IMG/VR virus record: IMGVR_UViG_3300011113_000640
Coordinates: 124,001-188,000 of that record
DNA: 64,000 nt
Direction: 5' to 3' (one strand)
Shown one piece after another: positions 39,541-48,661 of the stretch. The notes beneath the pieces are model-generated. The model ran no database searches and was not told the DNA's origin. It saw only the letters and a list, made by a program, of their open reading frames with translations. Numbering within the stretch: position 1 is the stretch's first letter; every line of letters starts with the position of its first letter. Made by a program: the position numbers and the translations under genes.

Positions 39541-40150
39541 TTTGACGGTATAGGTGATCCAAGCTACCGTTGTTGTCTAGCACAGCATCAAATTCAGTGC
39601 CAATCCAGGCAGTTTCGCTGGCGTGTATGTTGTAGCGTTCCAGGGCGAGTTTGCTGGTGGTCCAAGTCATGTTGTGCGGACCAGAATTCACTGTTTCTGC
39701 CAAACTATACCAGGCAGGATCCGCGCCGCGATGCACTCTTATGACCCGGCCACCAGCACGTTTAATGGCCAAGATTTCATTGGGAAATCTGCAGTCGGAT
39801 ATGACCACATCATCATTGGTTTTACGCAGTTTATTTTCCAAGCTGGCAATCCAAGTATCATCGTGAAATCCTCTACGCACCACTTCAGTGCCCCAGTATT
39901 GTAACACCCAACGCGGAGTGAGATCGGGCATGCCCAGGCGTTCTGCCCACCATGGATCCACTTGTTCGCGCCAGGCCCTGCTGTGCTTGGTACGTCCTTC
40001 CAGCAGTTCACGATCCCAGCCAAACACTGAACTCACTGCATCTTTGAGTGTGTTGGCAAAACTTTCTCTGCGGAACTGATGTATGTTTACAAGATAGTCT
40101 GCTATGGTGTCTTTGCCGGCACCGATTAGTCCGCATACTCCAATTATCAT
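39488..40150 (-). CDS. Deoxynucleoside monophosphate kinase (T4 gp1-like)
   Basis: GLIGAGKDT, TPRWVLQYWGTE, SDCRFPNE and HASE motifs. Confidence 0.9.
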   Translation of the reverse strand: MIIGVCGLIGAGKDTIADYLVNIHQFRRESFANTLKDAVSSVFGWDRELLEGRTKHSRAWREQVDPWWAERLGMPDLTPRWVLQYWGTEVVRRGFHDDTWIASLENKLRKTNDDVVISDCRFPNEILAIKRAGGRVIRVHRGADPAWYSLAETVNSGPHNMTWTTSKLALERYNIHASETAWIGTEFDAVLDNNGSLDHLYRQITGLVQDLPGPNVAPIS

Positions 40151-41442
40151 AATTTTTTTCCAAAATAAAAAGAAGATCCCCACAATTGAGTTACATCATC
40201 ACAGATCAAATCGTGCCTGCGACAAAAATTTTCCAGTTGGAGTTGATTCTTTTCAAACAACTCAATGAATTTTTGATAATTGTGTTCAACATCCTGCGCA
40301 ATATATTTGGCATATCTGGCTATGTTTTTGTGGAAACTAACAGCATTTTCGACCACGGCATCTAGTCTAATTTCTGACCAAGACCCGATATGTTCAACAT
40401 AATGTCTTTGTATTTCTTGTTGCAAGCTCGCGGGCAGGGTATCAATTTGATCTAGCTCCAGTTGATCTGGCCACGAATCTCTCTTGAATTGTTGGTAAAA
40501 ATTTCTCCAGGATTTCTGACTCTGTAAATTTTCAAAAAATCCAACTTTACCAGATTGTTGTGAGTAATGCAGAAAATTTTCTTTGTCAGGGTCATCATAG
40601 TTTGGTATATCCATATAATCTTCAAATGTGCGGAATCCTAATTCGCGTAAAGTTGTCAGAGTATTCAATTCCCCGGCCATAACAAACGGTCTGTGATTGG
40701 CCATGCTCAACCAAATTTTTTCAGTCAGCCAGGTGTTGGAAAATGGGCGGTCAAAATCTGTTTCGCTTATAATTTGGAATACAGTATCGCCATACGCACT
40801 TTGATTGATATGGGCCCAGGCCTCAGGAGTACCAAAATACTTGTCAAATTGTCTCTGTGAGGTTTGAAAAAATGTTTCCTGCTCATCTTTGGTCAGATCA
40901 GACAAAACCAGTCTGACTGAATCATATTCTTCTGGTTTGACCATGAATGACCACGATAAGTGTTGCGCAATTGGTGAATCCAATAATTTAAATAACAATC
41001 TACTTCTGTGAATTTTATCAGGTTTGCCGACCATGAACAAAATCTTTGTTTTTGTAGAGTTCCAGTTATCCATCGTGATACAGGTTTTTCTAACACTGAT
41101 ACTGTGATATAATCTGTATAGCGGATCATCTACATACAAAATTTCTGCTACATGATCAAACTGCAAATTGAATGGTTTATAATACCTATTGAGCGTCAAC
41201 AGTATTTTTTTAAACTTGCAGGTTAACTGACTTAGAAATTCTTGAAATTGTTTTTGCCAATAAGGTTCAGCAGATTCACTTATGTAAATAATCAATATGG
41301 GCGGCAAGTTTGTTTGAGTGACCAATCTTGACAGCTCTTTATCTAAAATTGTTTGCACCTGCTGACTGATAAATTTGGAATCGGTGGTGTTTGAAAAAAA
41401 TGACAGTGAAGTCAAAGACAGCGTATGAAAATTTAATCCCAT
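40147..41442 (-). CDS. Putative glycosyltransferase-like protein (GT10-like family) with inserted WPD module
   Basis: IISET...LTEKIW...RPFVMAG...LGFRTF; paralog of 1582..2739. Confidence 0.5.
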   Translation of the reverse strand: MGLNFHTLSLTSLSFFSNTTDSKFISQQVQTILDKELSRLVTQTNLPPILIIYISESAEPYWQKQFQEFLSQLTCKFKKILLTLNRYYKPFNLQFDHVAEILYVDDPLYRLYHSISVRKTCITMDNWNSTKTKILFMVGKPDKIHRSRLLFKLLDSPIAQHLSWSFMVKPEEYDSVRLVLSDLTKDEQETFFQTSQRQFDKYFGTPEAWAHINQSAYGDTVFQIISETDFDRPFSNTWLTEKIWLSMANHRPFVMAGELNTLTTLRELGFRTFEDYMDIPNYDDPDKENFLHYSQQSGKVGFFENLQSQKSWRNFYQQFKRDSWPDQLELDQIDTLPASLQQEIQRHYVEHIGSWSEIRLDAVVENAVSFHKNIARYAKYIAQDVEHNYQKFIELFEKNQLQLENFCRRHDLICDDVTQLWGSSFYFGKKL

Positions 41443-41445
41443 GAA

Positions 41446-41970
41446 TTACTTTAACTCCTTTACGTTTAAGTGTCGGAGTGTGGCCTGCAACATGTCAATC
41501 TGTCTACGGCAGTCTTCGAGTGCATGATGGCTGGTAGGAGGCTTGGGCAGGCCGGGCCACAGGCTGTACACCGTCCTGGCGTCACGCACATTGTAGAACT
41601 GCCAAGGCAGGCTTTTGCCATAGCTCTTGTAGGCATGTTCCAAGATGTTCATGTCATAGGTAGGACCATTGGCCCAAATAAACTTGTGTTGCCAGGCCAG
41701 TTTGTAAAGACTGTCCAAGGCCTTGTCCAAGGGCACCCGTCCTTCTTCGCAGAATGCTTCTGCCTGTGCTTCTTTCTGCGTTGACCACCACTGTACTGTG
41801 CCATCTTCTATGGCACGAGTTTCTTGACTTTCAAGGGTAATACGAGCATAGTAGCAACGATCATAGTAGCCTGTGCCAAATGGATCAAAACTCTGTGCCG
41901 CAATGGTCAAAATAGTGGCATCCGGGCCAGTGGCCAGGCCTTCTATGTCGATCATCAAGGAAGTGCTCAT
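41446..41970 (-). CDS. DEDDh 3'-5' exonuclease (Rv2179c-like)
   Basis: MIDIEGL, WANG..YD, RDART and HHALED motifs. Confidence 0.85.
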   Translation of the reverse strand: MSTSLMIDIEGLATGPDATILTIAAQSFDPFGTGYYDRCYYARITLESQETRAIEDGTVQWWSTQKEAQAEAFCEEGRVPLDKALDSLYKLAWQHKFIWANGPTYDMNILEHAYKSYGKSLPWQFYNVRDARTVYSLWPGLPKPPTSHHALEDCRRQIDMLQATLRHLNVKELK

Positions 41971-41976
41971 GCTGAT

Positions 41977-42005
41977 AGTATAACATGAATTTTGATATTA
42001 GTCTA
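41977..42005 (-). promoter_or_regulatory. Sigma70-type promoter, probably leaderless
   Basis: TAGACT-N17-TATACT with extended -10; ATG 6 nt downstream. Confidence 0.7.
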
Positions 42006-42028
42006 CAAAATTTTTTGTTGAATCAATG

Positions 42029-42676
42029 TTATTTTGGCAAAAATGTGTGTATCACAATGGCTTGTTTGTTTGTAAACCCGTTGGCAATAAAATTATCAGT
42101 GTCGTGTAGATTGTTGCTGTTCCAATATATAATGCTGTTGTGCTTCCATTGATATATCCCTTGTATTGTGAGTTTTTTTACCAGAGATTCCGAATTATGG
42201 CTTAGATGGGATTTATAAATTTTAAATGCCGAATTGTCTTCTTCGATTTGATCTTTTTCAAAACGAGTCTTGAGTGATTGGTTGCTGTCACTGCTCTGAT
42301 CAAATACTATGGTGCTCACACGCTCAACTAAATCTTTGTTGTGATCTACGCTGTAGGGTATCAGCATAGATAGTGCTGGCTTGCGATCAGTAAATCCATC
42401 GCAGTGATAGGCGTCTGTGTGTATTCCCCAGGGTCTTGTTTCATTCAAAAACATACCAAAAATAAGACGCAGGTCTTGACCAAAAAGTTTTTGAATACTA
42501 GAAAAAATATTTCTCTGGAACCAAAAATTATAAGAATTTTTTTCGTCTACACCATGACAGTCATTGTCAAGTATTTTAATTGCAGGTATGTTTGAGAAAA
42601 CATCGACCCACGACTGGATTTCATCAGTTTCAAACACATCAAACAGTTGTCCTGCTGCAGGATTCAAAGATTGCAT
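42029..42676 (-). CDS. Putative 2OG-Fe(II) oxygenase-like protein
   Basis: HTD (HxD) plus a distal His in WNSNNLH, spaced as in the double-stranded beta-helix fold. Confidence 0.5.
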   Translation of the reverse strand: MQSLNPAAGQLFDVFETDEIQSWVDVFSNIPAIKILDNDCHGVDEKNSYNFWFQRNIFSSIQKLFGQDLRLIFGMFLNETRPWGIHTDAYHCDGFTDRKPALSMLIPYSVDHNKDLVERVSTIVFDQSSDSNQSLKTRFEKDQIEEDNSAFKIYKSHLSHNSESLVKKLTIQGIYQWKHNSIIYWNSNNLHDTDNFIANGFTNKQAIVIHTFLPK

Positions 42677-43095
42677 AATAGATACTGTTTAAAAACATCA
42701 GATTCTGTGAAATCAAAGTTGACAGATCCATTGAATCCTATGTATGATGTCGTTATCTCTCTGGCATCGTCGGTGCACAGTTTGATTTTTTTATGCATGA
42801 AACTTTCATTTAGTTCAAATCCATCAAAATCAACTTTGACGATCTTGATATAAACATCAGCTGTGATTTTGCCTTCGCTGTCAACGACAGTGTCGGTGTT
42901 GGAATTTTTGCCGTAAAATTTAAATGCGATCTGTGTTGGCAAAGTTATATCAAATTGCAGTCGTGCTCTATGGTCATGTCCAGGCAAGACAAGTATGGAC
43001 TCTTGGTCGTGAGAGACCTCCAAAGTCATGTGCCGGCCGTCAACTAGGCCAAACTCAAAATCAAATCCAATTTTACATGTATTTAATTCAGACAT
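42664..43095 (-). CDS. Hypothetical beta-rich protein coupled to the radical SAM gene
   Basis: 143 aa; overlaps both neighbours. Confidence 0.6.
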   Translation of the reverse strand: MSELNTCKIGFDFEFGLVDGRHMTLEVSHDQESILVLPGHDHRARLQFDITLPTQIAFKFYGKNSNTDTVVDSEGKITADVYIKIVKVDFDGFELNESFMHKKIKLCTDDAREITTSYIGFNGSVNFDFTESDVFKQYLLCNL

Positions 43096-44533
43096 TTATC
43101 AATGTTTCCAATAAAAAATGATTGTCAAGATTATCTGCCACTGTGTAACCTAATTCGCGACTGACTGCGTTTAATTCTTTGACCCATTTGGCCCGTACCG
43201 CCGGAGTGCTATCAATTGACTCATTGATCCATAAACTAGGTTGTGATCCAATTATACGCACTCCCAACTCTTCTTTGTTCTCGTCAAGATAGGTATTTGG
43301 AAATATTCCCAATGTTCCGCCCCATTGTATTACCAAAATGTCTCGATATTCAACGTGGTCACGCAACCACTGTTTTATAAAATCTATGTCTTTTTCGGTT
43401 TCGTTGACATACCCAACAATATTTAATAACAACAATCCAATGTTGTTTTTTTTGGCCTGGGCCAAATGAAAATCAATGGCTTCGTTGGAAAACTTTTTAC
43501 CAATTTCATATCTGATGTGTTGATTTAGATTTTCAATTCCCACTGCAAGTTTTTCGGCCCCACTTAATCGCAACAGATCCCATTCACGCTCAGATGCAGT
43601 GCTGACATTCCTAAAAATATAATAGCCAGACCACCTAAACTTGACTTCAGACTTTTGATTGAAATCTGCCAAAAGTTCTAGTAGTCTCATAAACTCTTTT
43701 TGATTTCCGTTGGTCAAAGAATCCTGGAATTTGAAAGTGCTGATATTGTATCTTTGGTATTGCGCCAGCATTTCGTTAAAAATATCGTCGGCGGTTCTCC
43801 ATTGAAACCGTTTCCAATTGGCGATGTAATCACAAAATTTACACTGTCTCACACAACCTCGACTGCCAATCAACGGCATAACCTTTTTGTCGTACACATC
43901 AAAAATATAATCATCATAATTGGGCATAGGCAAAGATCGCAGTTCGTCTTTGCTGAGCTCTTGCCATTCCAATGAATTTATTCCTGCATAGTTGGAGTTG
44001 CCAATCAACAACTCATATAGACTGTTTTCGCCATCGCCCCTGACATGATAATCAAAAAATTTAAGCCGCAACATGTCATCTATGTATTGAGATTTACCTG
44101 TGAATGTTGCTAGGCAACCAGCGCCGCCTACAATAATTTTAACGTCAGGATCTAATTTTTTGATATAATATGCCATCCATTTTGCTGAGTGTTGGCACAC
44201 ATAACTAAACAAGCTGAGTGCCACAAACTTTGGTGACCAACTCAAGATCTGCTTGGCTGCGCTGATAAAGATTTGTCTAAGCACCTCACTGGTTTCTGGA
44301 TCAGCATGCCCATCAAAGAAAAATCGTATCAATTGTTCTTTTTGAGGATGATTGCCGACGTACTGATAAATTTCAACGTTTAAATCCACAGCTAAACAAC
44401 TATGCCCAGATTTTTCAATTATGGGTTTTAGAGCCGCAGGAGCCATTAAAGGTATAGAACTGTCAGTCCAAGGAACTGTGCATATCACTACATCTTTATG
44501 ATTTGAATTAGGATTGTCAAGGCATTGCCACAT
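43088..44533 (-). CDS. B12-binding radical SAM enzyme (class B methyltransferase-like)
   Basis: IIVGGAG, VRGDGE and SRGCVRQCKFC motifs; start reassigned to MWQCLD at 44533. Confidence 0.85.
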   Translation of the reverse strand: MWQCLDNPNSNHKDVVICTVPWTDSSIPLMAPAALKPIIEKSGHSCLAVDLNVEIYQYVGNHPQKEQLIRFFFDGHADPETSEVLRQIFISAAKQILSWSPKFVALSLFSYVCQHSAKWMAYYIKKLDPDVKIIVGGAGCLATFTGKSQYIDDMLRLKFFDYHVRGDGENSLYELLIGNSNYAGINSLEWQELSKDELRSLPMPNYDDYIFDVYDKKVMPLIGSRGCVRQCKFCDYIANWKRFQWRTADDIFNEMLAQYQRYNISTFKFQDSLTNGNQKEFMRLLELLADFNQKSEVKFRWSGYYIFRNVSTASEREWDLLRLSGAEKLAVGIENLNQHIRYEIGKKFSNEAIDFHLAQAKKNNIGLLLLNIVGYVNETEKDIDFIKQWLRDHVEYRDILVIQWGGTLGIFPNTYLDENKEELGVRIIGSQPSLWINESIDSTPAVRAKWVKELNAVSRELGYTVADNLDNHFLLETLINV

Positions 44534-44539
44534 TAAATC

Positions 44540-44568
44540 AGTGTAACAAAGTTTATTAAAAAAGTCAA
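44540..44568 (-). promoter_or_regulatory. Sigma70-type promoter, probably leaderless
   Basis: TTGACT-N17-TACACT with extended -10; ATG 6 nt downstream. Confidence 0.7.
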
Positions 44569-44574
44569 TGATTA

Positions 44575-45345
44575 CTAACCAATTACCCAGGTAAGAGGTT
44601 GGCTGGCATCCACATAGTTCTTCAAATCTTCTATGCATCGATCCATGGCGGCCTGGGCTTCGCCTTTCATGGCTGTGCCATTCAGGCTGCTGCCACCTTG
44701 AGGTCCAGCATATTGTCCAAACTTTTCTCTGGCTTCGCCAATGATCATTTTACAGTTGGCTGTCATGTAGTCGCGGATCCATTGGCGTATTTGGTAGTCG
44801 CTGAGTAGATTGAATTCGGGTTTGAGATTGTAGGTCCAAAGCAGGACATTTTCACCAGTGCCTTTGGGATCACGGATCAGTTGCAATTTCTTTGTGACCG
44901 GATTCCAGGTATAGTTCATGTAGGCACCAAACATCTTGCCGGCCTGTTCCACATACTGGCTGTAGAAGTCATAAGTAGCAAGTCCGCCTGCCACGTTGAA
45001 GTTCATCAAATATACGTTTAAACTGGCCTGACTGAACGGATCAAAGTTACTGGCAAAGGGCCCAGTGCTGTCACCAAAAGTTCTGCGGAATATTTGACGC
45101 ACAGTTATCACTTCTTGTGGCAAGTCATAGATATTCACATTGGTTACTAGTTCTAAAAAGCTGTAGCTTTCTTCGTAGGCATTTTGTGCCCTTTGACGGT
45201 AAACACCAATGGTGCGTTGATAAGCGGCTTCGTAGTGTTCGGCATCCAGCTCGATGTCGATGATTTGATCGCCCAGTTGCAGGCGCACATAATCTATAAG
45301 TTCTTGTTTTAATGTTTCAGTGCTGGATTGACTTTCTAGTGCCAT
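44575..45345 (-). CDS. Neck protein (gp13-like)
   Basis: YVRLQLG..IIDIEL, WIRDY..A..K, and KF...GPQGG..LNG motifs. Confidence 0.8.
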   Translation of the reverse strand: MALESQSSTETLKQELIDYVRLQLGDQIIDIELDAEHYEAAYQRTIGVYRQRAQNAYEESYSFLELVTNVNIYDLPQEVITVRQIFRRTFGDSTGPFASNFDPFSQASLNVYLMNFNVAGGLATYDFYSQYVEQAGKMFGAYMNYTWNPVTKKLQLIRDPKGTGENVLLWTYNLKPEFNLLSDYQIRQWIRDYMTANCKMIIGEAREKFGQYAGPQGGSSLNGTAMKGEAQAAMDRCIEDLKNYVDASQPLTWVIG

Positions 45346-45383
45346 AGGAACTCCGTGTTCCTGTATTTATCTGCTTACCAGCG

Positions 45384-46553
45384 TCAAGAACCTTTAGTAA
45401 AAAAGTCCTGGCACGCACCCTGGCGCGACAGGTCATTGGTCACACAGTGTATGCCGCAGTCCCAGAAATATTTGTGTCTAAAAGGCATCACATGAACTTC
45501 TATACCATGTCTAGCACAGGCTGCTTCAACTTGATCATTGTGGGTACTGACCACTATGTTTTTGGGGTCTACTATGAGTATGTTTACATCAAATACAGTT
45601 TCTGATACCTGCCCGACCCACTCATCAAAGTAGTGATCCACCATGTTTATGAGATTGTTGTCCTGCTCAAAGCCGGGCATGAACCACCGTCCTTTGTTGC
45701 GTTTCATGCTAGTTTCAAACTCACGCATGTGTGCATAGTTGCTGGGTGGCAAGTAGACCACTTCCCAATCAGGAAATGTGTCGGTATAGGTAGGCACATC
45801 ATTGAGACTGATAATCAAGCCAGGCGTAATAGGACAGTACACTGCATCACCGTGGCCGCCGGCATTGACCACATGATTGCGTGTGCCAGGAAACAACTCA
45901 TTGACCTGGGCCAGTATGGCCTGCTTGTCGTCGTGATAGGTCTGTGTGGCAAAGTACAAGTCTTGACCAATGCGACTTACAAAACAACCATTGACAAAAT
46001 CCAGGTCGGTGTAGACAATCTCGTTGCCTTGAGACTCGATGTCATCCAGCACATGCTTGTAAAATTTTAATTTGGCGTCGAGGTGTGCCTGATCTACCAA
46101 ATTAAACTTGGCAAATTTTTCTTGCACTTCCTGGGCGAATTCTGGCAAGGCCTCGTAAAAATCTGTTGGTCTAACAAAATCTGGCCACCAGCTCTGCTTG
46201 TTTTGTCTATAAAACACACTCCAGGCATGACTTGCATTTGGTATTTTTGGAATCCAAAAACGATCTTGAATCATTAAAAAATAGTCACGTGGCGCTGTGG
46301 GTGGTTGGACCCACTTGCCTTCAACAAATAATTCGTCCAGATCGTCAGGAAATTCAGGACGAAAAACTTTGACTCCAAATCGGTTTGTCAGCAGACTGAT
46401 TAGACGTTGATAATCTTCTTCGGTCTCCTGAGCCAGTAGTTCGAATCTGTTGCGTGTTTCTGCGTTTTTGATCCAGTGGTAGAATTCTGGAGGGTATGTG
46501 CGACCCACCAGGCATACTTGCAACGGATCCCAGTGTTGATAAACATTGTACAT
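45384..46553 (-). CDS. Amidinotransferase (glycine/inosamine-phosphate amidinotransferase-like, pentein fold)
   Basis: WDPLQVCLVG, PRD, GHGD and C-terminal GIHCVT (catalytic Cys). Confidence 0.85.
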   Translation of the reverse strand: MYNVYQHWDPLQVCLVGRTYPPEFYHWIKNAETRNRFELLAQETEEDYQRLISLLTNRFGVKVFRPEFPDDLDELFVEGKWVQPPTAPRDYFLMIQDRFWIPKIPNASHAWSVFYRQNKQSWWPDFVRPTDFYEALPEFAQEVQEKFAKFNLVDQAHLDAKLKFYKHVLDDIESQGNEIVYTDLDFVNGCFVSRIGQDLYFATQTYHDDKQAILAQVNELFPGTRNHVVNAGGHGDAVYCPITPGLIISLNDVPTYTDTFPDWEVVYLPPSNYAHMREFETSMKRNKGRWFMPGFEQDNNLINMVDHYFDEWVGQVSETVFDVNILIVDPKNIVVSTHNDQVEAACARHGIEVHVMPFRHKYFWDCGIHCVTNDLSRQGACQDFFTKGS

Positions 46554-47704
46554 TAATGAGCCCTCAATATAATTAAATTTTCGTTTCCGCGACCGTTGAA
46601 CTTGGTTTCTGTGGCTCGGATATCTTTAAACACCTTGCGGGCCGCGGGTTTTCCGCCTGACAATAGTTCTTTTAACTGCTCTGCAGGCTTGCGTAGCGTT
46701 TTCTGCACGGTTTGCATGGTATCAAAGCCCACAATGGCTGATCCTTTGACGCTGAAGGTTCCAAGATGAGCATCGGCCATGACATGGATCAACTTGCGTT
46801 TTTTGGTGTCGTACAACCAGGCTTCGCCAGCACCCACCAATTGTGCTGGTGCTATGCTGGTCAGTTTGAGTTCGGTAAAGTCTTTCATGTACTTGAATTT
46901 AGCTGACAACTTCTCAGGGCTCACTGTTTTCTTGGCTCTGGGTTTGCGTTCAACTTTTTTGATCTGCACATAGTTGCCACAGTCGGCTATGACCTGTTCA
47001 ATGAACTTGATGCATTGTTTGATTTGATTTTTGTTTAGGTGGCTGTAACCTTCCGCCAGATCCGCATCGGTGCCTTCTAAAACTTCTTCAAACTCGGCCA
47101 ACTTGCGTTTCCACACATCAGCGATCGTGCCCACCATGTTAGGGCTGATGTTCATGCCACGGATCTGTGCAATGGGTTTCCAGTCTGCGCTCATCTTGGC
47201 ACCAGCGGCAATGAAATCATCGAACATGCCTTCCAGTTCGCCGGCACACTCTGATACCTTTTCACGCAGGTGATCCTGTATGGTGAGTTTGGCCACTGCG
47301 GATTCTGCGGCCACTTCGTCCTTGTCACGGCGCACTTCTTGTTTTACTTTGAGCATGTTGGCAATCTGTTCGTCGATGATGCATTGTTCATGCTCGTTGA
47401 GTTGTAGTCCTACCAAGGTCATCCTACACACCCAGGCCGGTGTGAGTCGAATTTGGCTGTCAGGAATGCCTCGCATGAGTTTGGCATCCTTGGGTCTGTG
47501 ATTGACGTCCAGGTACTGGCACAGCATGTCTTTGGCATCTTTTTTACCATAGTGATAATTATACCAGGCAAAAGCCTTGCTGAATGCACTGATGCGATTT
47601 TCTTCTGTGGGTTGGAATTTCCAGTCAGGCTCGTGCCCAACATATTTGGTTTCTGCGCCTTTGGGATTCAAGGGTTTGATCACTGTAGCGGCTCGTGCAT
47701 TCAT
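46553..47704 (-). CDS. Hypothetical early protein
   Basis: 383 aa with SD AGGAG and a sigma70 promoter. Confidence 0.75.
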   Translation of the reverse strand: MNARAATVIKPLNPKGAETKYVGHEPDWKFQPTEENRISAFSKAFAWYNYHYGKKDAKDMLCQYLDVNHRPKDAKLMRGIPDSQIRLTPAWVCRMTLVGLQLNEHEQCIIDEQIANMLKVKQEVRRDKDEVAAESAVAKLTIQDHLREKVSECAGELEGMFDDFIAAGAKMSADWKPIAQIRGMNISPNMVGTIADVWKRKLAEFEEVLEGTDADLAEGYSHLNKNQIKQCIKFIEQVIADCGNYVQIKKVERKPRAKKTVSPEKLSAKFKYMKDFTELKLTSIAPAQLVGAGEAWLYDTKKRKLIHVMADAHLGTFSVKGSAIVGFDTMQTVQKTLRKPAEQLKELLSGGKPAARKVFKDIRATETKFNGRGNENLIILRAH

Positions 47705-47728
47705 GGGCTCTCCTGAGTGTAAAACATA

Positions 47729-47757
47729 ATTATAGCATTTTAGGTATTTTTGGTCAA
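47729..47757 (-). promoter_or_regulatory. Sigma70 early promoter
   Basis: TTGACC-N17-TATAAT with extended -10; the -35 overlaps the upstream stop codon. Confidence 0.85.
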
Positions 47758-48008
47758 CCGCCTAAAAGTGCCGCAAAAGTAAGGTGTTGCTCTAGATTTG
47801 TGATCAGGTCTTCAGCTTGCTGGATCAGCTCTTTGTAGTGATTAGTTTCTCGGTGAAGTCTACGGCACTCCACGCTTTCCATGTCTGCGGCCACCATGGC
47901 CGAGTCTATGGTTCTGACCATTTTCAGCAGATCCTTACGGGCCACTTTGTTTTGGATCGTGGCAATTTGACGTTCTGCACGATCCAGGCGTTGATACAAT
48001 TCTTCCAT
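47754..48008 (-). CDS. Small helical hypothetical protein
   Basis: Start reassigned to MEELYQ at 48008; TTGACC-N17-TATACT (48044-48016) ends 7 nt upstream. Confidence 0.65.
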   Translation of the reverse strand: MEELYQRLDRAERQIATIQNKVARKDLLKMVRTIDSAMVAADMESVECRRLHRETNHYKELIQQAEDLITNLEQHLTFAALLGG

Positions 48009-48074
48009 GAGTTTAAGTATACTATAAGTTGATTTAACGGTCAATCTGGAATTATGAACATAAATATCTATACT

Positions 48075-48659
48075 ATGTTTTATGTATATACCTATTTAAG
48101 AGAAGACGGCTCCCCGTATTATGTTGGCAAGGGTAGTGGAGATCGTGCCTACAAAAAATGGAATAAAAAAGACATTAAACCACCAAAAGATCAAACTCGT
48201 ATTATTATAGTAGAAGATAATTTAGATGAACAATCTGCATTTGATTTAGAAATTAAATTGATTGCCCAATATGGACGCAAAGATTTAGGCACAGGCATAC
48301 TACACAACAAAACAAACGGAGGTGAAGGATCGTCTGGGCATAAAATAGGTGGATGGCAATGGAGTGCAGAATCTAGAGAAAAACGCAAAGGTGCCGGCAA
48401 TCCAGCGTTTGGAAAAGAACAGAGTGTAGAAATTATACAGAAAAAAGTAGAAAGCTGGCTTAAGACCACTGGAGGTAAGCAAAATCCAGAATGGATAGAA
48501 AAACGTGCTAATGCTAGAAGGGGTAAAAAACAACCAGAGGGCACCGGAGAGAAAATTGCTGCAAAATTAAGAGGTAGAAAACAATCACCAGAGGCAGTAG
48601 CTAAACGAGCGGAGTCGTGTAGGTTATCGTGGGCTGGTAAAAAAGCACTAAATATTTGA
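48075..48659 (+). mobile_element. Free-standing GIY-YIG homing endonuclease with NUMOD3-like repeats
   Basis: FYVY...YYVGKG..R, E..LI..YGR and NKTNGGEG; basic C-terminal repeats (NPAFGK, RGKKQ, RGRKQS); A-rich composition. Confidence 0.85.
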
Positions 48660-48661
48660 CT

